Assembly (NCBI RefSeq): GCF_006345805.1
Contig: NC_042998.1
Location: forward strand, 202,926,001-202,990,000
Origin: Octopus sinensis
Taxonomy: Eukaryota
Direction of reading: 5' to 3'
DNA length: 64,000 nucleotides
The notes under the pieces were generated by a model that worked only from the letters and a program-made list of their open reading frames with translations, was not told the DNA's origin and did not search any database. The translations under genes and the position numbers were made by a program. This document shows, in pieces, positions 52,462 through 64,000 of the stretch (the stretch's first letter is position 1; each line of letters begins with the position of its first letter).

Positions 52462-53002
52462 CGAGGTGCATTCTAGAAGTTTTGAAACTTTTTTTCAGGA
52501 GTTCAAAGAGGTACAAAACTCTAATCTCCTTCAAAAATATGATCTTCCGTGTTCAATGGACTTGTTGTTGTGCTCCAGCTATTTCACGAAGGTTCCATGG
52601 AAGACCTCGAAAGTGAAGGTGCCCAGGACCCTTATCAAAGCCTCCTTTATCTTTTCAATGTCTTCAAAACGACTGACCCTGAGATTCTTCTTCAACTTGG
52701 GAACAACCAAAAGTAAAGGGAGCAAAATCTGACCTGTAGTGGAGGGTGAGAGACATTTTTGATGTCCATTTCAGTCAAGCAGTTGGCTACCAGGATGGAA
52801 TTGTGACAAGCAATGTTTTGTAGACAGTGTTTAGTAGGGTGTGTTCAAAGTTTTGTAGACAGTCATCTCCTTCAATCTGGAATAAAAAGTTAGAAGGTCA
52901 GCTTATTAGATGTATAACAATTACATACTAAAATAGCAATAATCAGGGGCATTTATAACTGCCTTTCATAAGGAAGTTTCAAAACTTGTGGAGTGCCCCT
53001 CG
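52462..53002 (-). mobile_element. Internally deleted mariner
   Basis: TA|CGAGG...AGTTTTGAAACT and AGTTTCAAAACT...CCTCG|TA ends; C-terminal FWLFPKLKKNLR..RFEDIEKIK..YFEGD. Confidence 0.75.
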
Positions 53003-53383
53003 TAAGTGGTAGACAGGCAGAACCGTTAAAGGGTAGAAGAAAATACCCTCGTATTTATTCCAGCTCTTTCGTCTGTCTACAATCCTTCAATGGTATATTG
53101 TTTTATCGGCTTCGCAAGGGTAAAAGATAAAATTAATCTGGGCGAGTTTTTAACTCAGAAGGTAAAGAGCCAGAACAAATATCTGTTTTCTACAATTTCA
53201 CCAATTCACCATCTTTCTCTGTGTATCTAATGGTGATATTTGATATTTTGAATGCATTTAATACACATGTTTCTAGTTGTTCTATAAGATAATTCTTACA
53301 TAATACATCGTCGTCAGTCAAGCATTTCAAAATATAAATGTTAAACAAAACTTTTCTCGATATATAGCATTTCCCGTGAGGAT

Positions 53384-55150
53384 GTTAGTTAGTTAGTTAG
53401 TTAGTTAATTTGGCTCAAAAGCAAATAGCAAGGCCATGTAGGGGGACATGGAGTTAAGTACAGGGTGGTGTTCATGTAAAGAGTTCAGGCCACTTGAGGT
53501 CCAGGGAGGCTTTGAACAAAGCGGTCGTCGGCATCTTCACCATCTCGTCTGGCAGCTTGTTCCACGGATCCGCAACCCGGACGGAGAAAGCTCCTCTCCT
53601 TCGATTGAGATGAAATCGTCGCAGGTAGAGCTTTTCGGAATGACCCAGCAGCCGACGCTCCGGAGCAGGAGTGAAGAACAGCTCTTTCGAGAGGTTACAC
53701 TTCCCGCTTATGATGTTGTGGGCGAGAATGAGATCACCACGGCGGCGGCGTTTTTCAAGAGAATAAAGGTCGAGCGTCCTCAGCCTTTCTTCGTAGGACA
53801 AATTTTTGAGACCATGAACCATGCGGGTAGCCAGCCTCTGGACTCTTTCGAGGTGCTGTATGTCTTTGAGGAGATAAGGAGAAGAGGCTTGAATCCCATA
53901 CTCCAATATGGGTCTCACCAGCGTGACATAGAGTGGCAGGAATATGGCTGCTGTGAGCATTCCGAATGACCGTCGAATCAAAAACAGAATTCCGCGCGCT
54001 TTGTTGGCAGCATGAACGCACTGGGCCGAAGGCGAAAAGGAAGAATCCACCAAGATACCCAGGTCCTTTACCTGATCGGTCCTCTCCAGCAGCAGACGAC
54101 CCGGCTCGAAATCAAGTTGAGTTGCAGGAGTAGAGCCGACAGGCAGATGACAGCACTTTGACACGTTCAGACACAGGTCCCAATCGTTAGACCACTTCCA
54201 AATTTGGTGGAGGCATCGACGAAGATCCTCTATACTACCGCGAGGAGCGACCAGTTTGATATCGTCGGCAAATAGAAGGGTGTGTTGCGTGAGGTCGTCG
54301 GGCAAGTCATTTATGAAGACTAAGAACAACAAGGGCCCAAGCACTGAACCTTGAGGCACGCCACTGCTCGCACTGGACCGTCGGACCGCGAACCATTAAC
54401 TTGAACTTGGAAGGAGCGATCTGAGAGGAAGGCACCAACCCATCGTACAATATCCGGATGGAAACTATATGCTTGAAGCTTGACAAGTAGTAGGCGTGTG
54501 GTTTACCGAGTCAAAAGCTTTGGCAAAGTCCAATAAAACGATGTCAACAGCATCACTATCATCGAGGATGCGCGTCACCAATTCTTCCATTACTAGTAAG
54601 TTGGTCAAGCATGATCTCTTCGGCACGAAGCCGTGTTGGGAATCAGTGATCGAGGCTGTGTTTAGGAGGTGGAGCATCATACTTTTCTTAAGGATGGTTT
54701 CGAACATCTTGCTGATTATTGATGTAAGGGAAACCGGTCGGTAGTTAAGCGGGTCTTCGCGGCTCCCTTTCTTGAAAATTGGGCAGATTATCGCTGTTCT
54801 CCAGTCGCAGGTATAACACCCGTCGCCAATGACATATTGAATAGTCGTGTTAAGGGCTCGCAGATGACCGGAGCCAACGCTTTGATAACCCGTGGGTGTA
54901 TGCCGTCAGGGCCGTGACCCTTGTTGACATCGAGGCCTTGAATAACACGTTTGACTTGGTCCCGCGTGATGATCAATCGAAGCATTGGAGGTACCGATCT
55001 ATCAAATGGAGGGGATTCACGACCATCATCTTGTTTGAAAATAGTTGAAAAAGCCTCGGCAAATAATTGACTCTGTTGATAAGGGTCCTCAATCGATACG
55101 CCTGTTGAGTCTACCAACGTTGCAATCTGGTTGTTCAAGCGGATCTTGGA
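53384..55150 (-). mobile_element. 5'-truncated CR1-clade LINE with frameshifted RT
   Basis: GPDGIHPRVIK, QHGF..KRSCLTNL, LDFAKAFDSVNH, PQGSVLGPLLFLVFINDL, LFADDIKL; (TAAC)n tail at 53384-53407. Confidence 0.92.
53472..55138 (-). pseudogene. LINE ORF2 reverse transcriptase (fragmented)
   Basis: Three consecutive ORF pieces: 54788-55138, 54465-54707 and 53472-54359. Confidence 0.9.
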
Positions 55151-55394
55151 TCTTGGATCTTGATGAACCCGCCTTTAAGCTGAGAGGAGGGGAGGAAAAT
55201 GGATAGGAGAAAGGGAGAGATATAGAGGGAAAGAACATACATGTAAGGGAGACGGAAAAGGCCGAGCTAGATGAGAGGAAGAGGAAGGTGAAAAATGGAG
55301 TAAATAAGTACATTGATAAATAAATATGTGATTAGATAGACAATAAATCTGAATGGAAGAGAATAGGAAGGAAGAGAACGAAAAAGAGGAGAGG

Positions 55395-55558
55395 TGGAAG
55401 AAGAAGAAGAAGAAGAAGAAGAAGAAGAAGAAGAAGGAGGAGGAGGAGGAGGAGCAGGAGCAGGAGGAGCAGGAGGAGTAGGAGCAGGAGAAGCAGCTGG
55501 AGGAGGGGGAGGAGGAGAAGAAGAAGAAACAAACAAACAAACAAACAAACAAAGAAAA

Positions 55559-55614
<56 letters not shown>

Positions 55615-55630
55615 GGGAAAGAAAGGAAGA
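55395..55630. repeat. (GAA)n/(GGA)n/(GAAA)n purine tract
   Basis: Seen directly. Confidence 0.9.
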
Positions 55631-55871
55631 AAAATCGTTTCTACAGTTGCTTATATATAGCAAATTTTTATTTAACATTCTAATTTTGAAATGTTTAACT
55701 GAAGAAGTAATATTATGTATTGTCTGACATTACTACAAGAAACACGAGTATTAAATGCATTCATTCTGAGACATATCTATATATATCCCTGCTTCCTTTT
55801 CCCGAGCGCCTATTAATAATAATACTGTAATTGTTCCATTGTTGTTGTTTTTTTTGTTTCCCGTTTGGATT

Positions 55872-55910
<39 letters not shown>

Positions 55911-56733
55911 TACACACACATGCACATAGGCATACACACATACAAACACACATATACATACGCTTATATATCAATGTGTGCATGTGTGTGCGCACACACA
56001 GACTCAGAGTACATCGCGACGAAGAATTCAGTGAGCCTCTATCATTATGGATCTTACCACTGAAGCATTGTAGCATAATGTTATCGAACTTGTCATCCGT
56101 GTCTAGCAATTCTGAATCGCAGTTATATACAACAGAAAGGTCGATATCAACCAGTTGAGAGCCAGCATATATATAAACTTCCGTTTAACAGATTTGAGCA
56201 ATTGCTTATCAATATATCTTCCTCCTCTGTTTCAACAGCAACAACACCTGTATTCGGTCAAAGCATTCAATATCTCTGGCGGGAAATGAAAAGTTTAATG
56301 ACACTGACATCAAATTGACTTACCATACGATGAAAGGGCACAGTTTTGTATCAACTAACAATACTGGTAGAGAGGGTGTTATTGAAGCTGGTCGTGGCGG
56401 TGAGGGACGTACCAGCGCATGGTTCATTTGGCGTTGGAATCACAAATGAATTATCACTTCTCTTGGATTCTCAAGGGTAGATATCTGATAATTTGCTTCC
56501 TACAGCACTTCACATGGACATAACGCGCATACACTCACATTCACGCATACACAGATATCGTCGAGCAGTAGGTGTGTGTGTTCGTGTGTGTATGTGTGTG
56601 CATGTGTGTGTGTGTGTGTGTGTGCATGTGTGTGTTTGTGTGTTGCCTGTTTGCCTGTAATTCTGCGTATTGGTCTCTCCATCTCTTTCCCTTTCACTCT
56701 TTTTCTCTCTCATCTAGATAGAAGAATTAAAAA

Positions 56734-56734
56734 G

Positions 56735-56798
<64 letters not shown>

Positions 56799-56802
56799 AC
56801 GG

Positions 56803-56855
<53 letters not shown>

Positions 56856-56895
56856 TAGATAGATAGACAGACAGACAGGTAGATAGACAGACAGG

Positions 56896-56931
<36 letters not shown>

Positions 56932-56973
56932 TAGAGAGAGAGAGAGAGAGAGAGACGGACAGATAGATAGATT

Positions 56974-57005
<32 letters not shown>

Positions 57006-57100
57006 AATATATAGATAGAGAGACAGACAGACAGACAGACGGACGGACGGGCGGACGGACAGACAGACAGACAGACAGACATACAGACAGACAGACAGAC

Positions 57101-57190
<90 letters not shown>
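56734..57190. repeat. (GATA)n/(GACA)n/(GA)n compound microsatellite
   Basis: Seen directly. Confidence 0.95.
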
Positions 57191-57191
<1 letters not shown>

Positions 57192-57944
57192 ACACCGGTA
57201 GTCCATTACGCTCGCAGTTTCGCTGATGTCTTTCGCTTGATTTTACAAATTAAGATTAATTGAGAAGGTATTTGTGAATTTACATAGAGAAACATTGATA
57301 CTGCAATATTTCCGCCCTTCTTTGACCAGCCGCACCACAGCCGCACCCACCTACGCTACCATCCTCCTTTGTCATCCTCCTATTCTCTTCTCCCTTACAT
57401 TCCATCTCTCCCCTTTGTTGTCCTCCCTTTTGTCCCCCTTGATGAATGCCTTTAACATGTTACACGTGATAAATTGATATTTAATTTGAACAACCAAATT
57501 AGTCTTCGAGCTCTTCTTCGACGACTATATTAGGTTGTGTAAAGCGGTGCGGAGACAGCGTAGCGGAGCAAGACTCCAAATAGGCTGCAAGACATATTTG
57601 CACATTCGTCGTAGCTATTATTATCATCGCCATCACCACCACCATCATCATCGTCATCAACATCATCGTCATTATCGTCGTCGTCATCGTTGTCGCCATT
57701 GTTGCAGTCTACAGCTGTCGTTGTCGTTGTGACCGTCGACATCACCATACTTTCAAGCATGGATCAGTGAGATGTTTATAATTATATATATATATATATA
57801 TCAGTAGCTTGTTCGTTTACATCTCTCTATATGTGTGTTTGTGTGTGTGTGTATGTTTATGTATATATATATATATATATGTATATATATTGTATATATA
57901 TATGTATATATATAAATATACATATACATATATACATATATATA

Positions 57945-58130
57945 TACTTTTACTCTTTTACGTGTTTCAGTCATTTGACTGCGGCCATGCTGTAGTCGAA
58001 CAAATTGACCCCAGGACTTATTCTTTGTAAGCCTAGTACTTATTCTATCGGTCTCTTTTGCCGAACCGCTAAGTTACGAGGACGTAAACACACCAGCATC
58101 GGTTGTCAAGTGATGTTAGGGGGACAAACA

Positions 58131-58165
<35 letters not shown>

Positions 58166-58297
58166 GACAGGCTTCTCTTAGTTTCCGTCTACCAAATCCA
58201 CTCACAAGGCTTCTATAGTAGAAGTCCCACGCAGCGGGATTGAACCCGGAACCATATGGTTGGTAAGCAAGCTACTTACCACACAGCTACTCCTGCG

Positions 58298-58299
<2 letters not shown>
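57945..58299 (-). mobile_element. SINE family B
   Basis: Homology to the 39702 copy, with small internal deletions. Confidence 0.85.
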
Positions 58300-58363
<64 letters not shown>

Positions 58364-58753
58364 CATGTTTGTGCGCACATGTGCTTCTATGTATGTATGT
58401 ATATATATATGTATTATGTATGTGTGTATATACTAATGAAGCGCATTGTAGGCAGGATGTGTTGCAGTATCCATACTGGCTGTTCGTATCTGTATAGACC
58501 CAAGTCGATAGCCTTACTCTTTCGTAAAGATAACTGGCGTAGAGGGAGGTGGGTTACATGTATATGTGCCGGCCAAGCTCCCTCAAAAGACTAGCACAGG
58601 CTTTGACCGATGGAGAGCCGAACACATACATATATGCCCATGAGTGTATATCTATATTTATGTGTGTGTATGTGTGTGTGAGTGTGAGTGTGTGTGTGTA
58701 TGAGAGAGAGAGAGTAATATATATGCAAACATACACACATAGATATTCATATA

Positions 58754-59145
58754 TCTATATATATAAAGCTGAAGTTGTCTGTGTGTGTGGCAGGTTTGGT
58801 AGCCTTCAACTAACACTATCTCCTCCGAGAGCCTGCGGCGCAAGTTGACCAAAATTGAGAGTATGATAGAAGAAGGCTTGCTCTTTATTCCGTATGAGAT
58901 AAAATTCAAATCGGACCATGTTAACATCAAAAATTATTTACATTAGTAAGGTGCTTTTTTTCTATGAAAATCCCTATTTTTTACGATTTTTTTACTGCTG
59001 TGTCGCCATTTTTCGGTGTATTTCAACCAGAAAAATGTTCACTTAAAGAGAATAACAAGCTACATAATGCAAACTTTTTACTTTTTAAAAATTCCGATTC
59101 TAAAGGGTCGAAACAAACCCGAGCAACGCCGGGCGATTCTGCTAG
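58754..59145 (+). mobile_element. Non-autonomous Helitron
   Basis: A|TCTATATATATAAAG 5' end, hairpin CCCGAGCAACGCCGGG, CTAG|T 3' end. Confidence 0.88.
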
Positions 59146-59169
59146 TATATTATATAGTTGGAATATAGT

Positions 59170-59380
59170 TGAGCAAGGCAGAATCGTTAACACGCCGAGC
59201 AAAATGCTTTGCGGTATTTTGTCAGTCCTTACATTGTGTTCAAATTCCGCCGAGGTCAGCTTTGCCTGTCATCCTTTCGGGATCGATAAAAAAACTACCA
59301 GCTGAAAACAAAGAGTCGATATAATCGACTTACTCCAGCCCCAGAAATTGCTGGCCTTGTGCCAAAATTTGAAACCAATA
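59170..59380 (+). mobile_element. SINE family A (older subfamily)
   Basis: Family core and tail 'ggccttgtgccaaaatttgaaacc'. Confidence 0.8.
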
Positions 59381-59612
59381 TTATAGAGGTGAATAAAATT
59401 TGAGTAAAAACCTTATCGGATGCTATACAAAGCCTGTCTGCCGGCACTGGCTACCAAATGTCTTCATACAGCAGGAATACTCAAGTCACTGGATGTACTT
59501 TTGCAATTCTATAATACTCGTGTATGTATGTATGTATGTATGTATGTATGTATGTATGTATACATATATACAAACACACACACATATGCATACATACCAA
59601 AATATGTATGTG

Positions 59613-59661
<49 letters not shown>

Positions 59662-60933
59662 ATATCAAAACAAGCAGCAAGGATATCCAGAGGTAATGCA
59701 GTACGATCGTTTAATGCAACTCCATTTAATTGAACAATGCAATCATTACATCAACTTAAAATGCAGCTGAGGATTTAAGTGCTATAAGTATCCACAAGTA
59801 GACATGAATACCCATCATTCAGCTCTCCAGTGCTTGACCCAGCGAAACATTCGGGATGTGACACCTGAAGGGAAGCTGGCTTCACCAGCACTCGGCTGAA
59901 ACTCCTATCAAAGGAGTAGATCAGAGCAATCTCAAACGAAGCCCCATGCTCAGGAACAGAATGCGCTGTCCGATCCAGGAATCGAAACGAAGAGTTCATA
60001 ATCATGAGCTTCACACACTGATTACTAACCTGAAGCAGAAAAAAGAAAATAAGATAAATAGCGTTTAACATGACAATTGACAATGTGTCTGTAACTCACT
60101 TTAACACTTCTACTGAACTTATTGTACCGTATTTAGTTCTCCTCATGTCTCTTTTTACACTTATATCTGCTTACCTTAGACAGACTCGAAGAAAGGTTTC
60201 CCTTTTTTTTATTCACTATTCTGGGTTACATCTGGATCTTTTTGCGTAATGTCGACAAATATTGACGCTTATGGATGTAAATATATACGGCTGCCTTCTG
60301 CGTAGATTTCCTGCAATAAATTCCACTAAAACTATGCTATACTCACTTACACTTGCCCAATTTAATTATATTTAGTAGATTCACGCTCGGAACTATATGA
60401 TTAGAAAATGAACCACTTTACAATATAATCAAATCTACCTTTGCTTAGCATTTACAACGGTAGTCAAAAGCTGCTTCCACAGCTTTTCTATTATTTAGAG
60501 TTATAATATATAACTTTATTTGGTGGGTTGTTCAATGTCATAGAGGCATTCAAGTTTTGCAAGTTTAAGCTACAGCTAACAGGTTACGCCACTCTTCAGG
60601 GCTACCCTTAATGTCTGCGTGTGTGTAGTGGGTATGCATGTTGGCATGCGCGCGCTTTAAATTGAGCTGATAGTATTTCAGATTTTAACTTTAAAAGGTA
60701 AGAATTTTATTGAATATTATAGTTATAGATTATCGACTAAGTAAATTAGAACCGTTCTATAGGTCGTCCTTATATACACCCACATGTGTGTGTGTGTGTG
60801 TGTGTATACATGAATATGTACTATATAGATATAAATATGCATGCATGTATATGCACACAAACACACATGCATACACATACACACGCATACATACATATAC
60901 ACATAAATACATACATACATATGTACATACATA

Positions 60934-62643
60934 CACTTGCGTCGGAAATTAATTAGCACTTCTCAAATTTCTACATTTTCTTACATTTTCTTAATTTAAT
61001 TAACTTATTATCAGAAACAAACTCGTTTTTAATCAAAAATTTATTAAAACATATCCCAGCACACCACATAATTGTTATTAATCGTGAAATTTAGTCAATA
61101 TCTTGTTGCTCCTCCTTGGCAGCAATGACAGCTGCTACGCGGGTCGGCATGCTGTCTATGAGTGCCTGCAGGTACTGTGCAGGGATGGCCCTCCATGCAG
61201 CAAGAAGTGCCCCAAACAGCTCGTGTCGGTTCCTGTATTGCTGCACATTCAAATCCCTACCCAATCGACTCCAGAGGTTCTCAATAGGGTTCAGGTCAGG
61301 TGACTGGCCAGGCCAGTCCATGACCGTCACCCCATGGTCCTTGAAGAAACCGGTTGTGAGCTTGGCTGTGTGGGAAGGCGCGTTGTCCTGCTGGAGCACG
61401 TACTCCTCGCCACCAAAGAGGTATCCCGTACTATCTCAACGTACTTTGCTGCGTTGATGTTGCCTTCGACGGCATAGAGCCGCCCAACACCACTGTAGCT
61501 GAACGCCCCTCACACCATCAGACCACCCCCACCATGCTTCATGGTGGGAGCAATGCAGTCTTTGTTGAAGCGCTCACCCCTGCGGCGTCGCACATGGACA
61601 GGCTTGTCACTGACGAGACTGTATCGCGACTCGTCAGTGAACATCACTGTCCGCCACTGCTGCACGGTCCATATCTTGTGGGCACGGGCCCAGAGCAGCC
61701 GCCTCTTCCGGTTTGGGGCTGTAAGGAGCGGCTTACGGGCGGCCCTACAGGATTTTAGACCAGCTTCCAGTAATCTGGTCTTGACGGTGGTTGTAGACAA
61801 CTGCTTCCCTGTCATCTTTTGCATCTCCTCCGCCAGTTGCCGGCTCGTTGCCCTTCGGTTGTACAGTGACTTTCGGATCAGCATCCGGTCCTCCCGTTGG
61901 GTCGTCAGCCTCTTCCGTCCCCTACCCTTTTTGTCAGCTGCTGATCCGGTTTCCTCGTATTTCTTAAATAAGCACTGAATTGTGCGCCTGGCTACACCAC
62001 GTTTTCTGGCTATTGCAGCCTCCGACAGCTTCCCACGCCACGAGAGAGCCTCGTACCGTCTCTCCAAGGTCATGTGAGGTCTTGGGCCCATCTAGGAATG
62101 AACGATAAAAACCAGTTATTTTCATTAAAACTATTCATTTGAATAATGTTATGCTATAACAAAACTGCTATGAGTTATTATTCATGAAACAAAAAAGAAA
62201 GAAAGCAGAATTTCTCACCTTATTTGATGTATAACAGAAAGTTTTGTGAACCAGAAGTGACGTCACCAAGCAGAGTGTAGGAGAATTTATGAGGAAAAAA
62301 AATCTTGCAAATACACAAATCAATTAACCTACAAGCTGTTCAAAACATCTTACGCGATGAGAAAACTTAGTACGGTGTGATTTCGGTCCTTGCGAGGCGC
62401 TACCTATATCTATTAAACAAAGGAAGATTTGTCTGCATCCGCACTCCAAGTTGTTGTTGCACTGCTATGTCAACATCATTAGGCTGTAGACTCTCAAACC
62501 GCTCTGCAAACAAAGTTACGTCATCGTTCTGCGGAACAGTGAACTCGCAACAAAGCAATAGTTCGAGATATGGCCACTAGGTGACAGCAAATACCTTGAG
62601 TGAAGAGCAAATCAAGGGTGCTAATTAATTTCTGACGGTAGTG
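60934..62643 (-). mobile_element. Near full-length Tc1 (DD34E) transposon inserted in (TACA)n
   Basis: 26-bp TIRs CACT(TG/AC)CGTC(G/A)GAAATTAATTAGCAC, TA TSD, ~1.7 kb. Confidence 0.92.
61091..62091 (-). pseudogene. Tc1 transposase (in-frame stop and frameshifts)
   Basis: HTH, GRGRKR, ARKPLL, FTDES, QQDNAP-x34-E (SPDLNPIENLW). TGA at 61510-61512 and a frameshift near 61435. Confidence 0.9.
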
Positions 62644-62644
62644 T

Positions 62645-62952
62645 ACATACATAAATACATGCACACACACACGCATACATACATACATACATACATACAT
62701 ACATACATACATACATAACATACATACACACATACATACATACATACATACATGCATACATACATACATACGTACATACATGCATGCATACATACACACA
62801 CACATACATACACACACATACTACATACAATACATACATACATACATACATACACATACATACATACACACACATACATACATACACCATACATACATAC
62901 ATACATACATACATACATACATACATACATACATACATACATACATACATAC
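62645..62952. repeat. (TACA)n microsatellite
   Basis: Seen directly. Confidence 0.95.
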
Positions 62953-63228
62953 AAAATTTACGAGCAACGTTAAAAAGCAAAATTATACAACTTGTGTAAA
63001 TGATGTGGCAACCCACGATGACACATCGGAGATTTACCATGGAGTCTGCAGAACACGTTGATAAGTCAGAGGAATAAATGCGTACGCGGCCAATTGATAT
63101 AGCGAACGCTATAGATGACAGAATCATTAAAACGTCGAACTAAACACTTTACAGGAGTCAGTTACCATCTCACTTGCCTGGGGTTAAAATTCAATGACTG
63201 ACTTTAACTGACCTGGATTGGTTTAGAC

Positions 63229-63429
63229 CAGTGCTTTTCAAACTTTTTGCTGGAGCGGAACCCCAAGGAAACATTCCACTGGCTCGAGGAACCCCTGTGC
63301 AATAATTTAATAGTCTTATGCACACATATCTGCACAGGAGAATTAAAAATCACTGCTGATTTTAGCAGTTTTGTAACTTCTTGCGGAACCCCTGGACTGT
63401 ACTGGCGGAACCCTGGTTGTAAACCACTG
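63229..63429. mobile_element. hAT (Charlie/Buster-type) MITE
   Basis: CAGTG...CACTG ends, subterminal GGAACCC repeats, 8-bp TSD GTTTAGAC with central TA. Confidence 0.88.
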
Positions 63430-63782
63430 GTTTAGACTATTGGGTTTGTTCAGTAGAGTCACTTTTGTAAACAATCGGGCATGACCACGTAATTTATTCC
63501 ACCTCTTTTTTATCTTTTTGCCTCACTATTTTCCGTAGCCCTGCAAAATGTCATGTGCGGTGGTTTTGTAACACTGACAAAGATATAAATTAAAAAGAAA
63601 GAACGAAAAATCTGGCCGAGTCCATACTACCTTATCTTTCTAATTCAACGGTTTTAGGTTTTTTTTCCAAGGGAGATAACTCTCAAGCTAAATGAAGAGT
63701 TTATTCCCTTGTTTTTAACAAACAGCCGTTTGAGTTGCTGTTGTTTTTATTGCTGTAAATGGAACGTGTGAGACTTAAGATT

Positions 63783-63891
63783 GAAGAAGAAGAAGAAGGA
63801 GAAGAAGAAGAAGAAGAAGAAGAAGAAGAAGAAGAAGAAGAAGAAGAAGAAGAAGAAGAAGAAGAAGGAAGAGGAGGAAGAAGAAGAAGAA
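63783..63891. repeat. (GAA)n microsatellite
   Basis: Seen directly. Confidence 0.95.
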
Positions 63892-64000
63892 GTTTGGAGC
63901 ACGATGGTGAGGTGAAGACAGTGAGCAGAGGAAGATGTTGCTTACAATGGTGAAGAAGTGATGATGATGCTGATGATGGTGAAGACGATGACGACGACGA

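Noticed and set aside
53448-53969. Antisense ORFs over the LINE, pogo and Tc1 coding regions
   Set aside because: Shadow frames of transposon genes.

Overview
AT-rich, microsatellite-saturated eukaryotic non-coding DNA. The repeat content resembles Octopus/cephalopod genomes; this is an inference from the SINE families and microsatellite load. No host protein-coding gene is supportable, and almost all ORFs in the track are simple-repeat artefacts. The window is a mosaic of mobile elements: at least 4 tRNA-derived SINE families, CR1-type LINE fragments, Helitrons, a near-complete DD34E Tc1, pogo-like and mariner relics, hAT, Tc1/mariner and Merlin-type MITEs, satellites, and Penelope-like element (PLE) relics. 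The most notable signal is a set of short elements lodged mostly in (TA)n or (TACA)n tracts that carry type I hammerhead ribozyme (HHR) folds. It includes a ~431-bp terminally redundant unit with an intact HHR (2571-3020, retrozyme-like), a 4-copy family with a shared non-canonical CUGUNGA core, and a truncated PLE with GIY-YIG, a tRNA-like segment, an HHR and an inverted partial pLTR. Several (TA)n tracts also carry fold-back or templated inverted duplications. All RNA folds and alignments were read by eye; none was computed.
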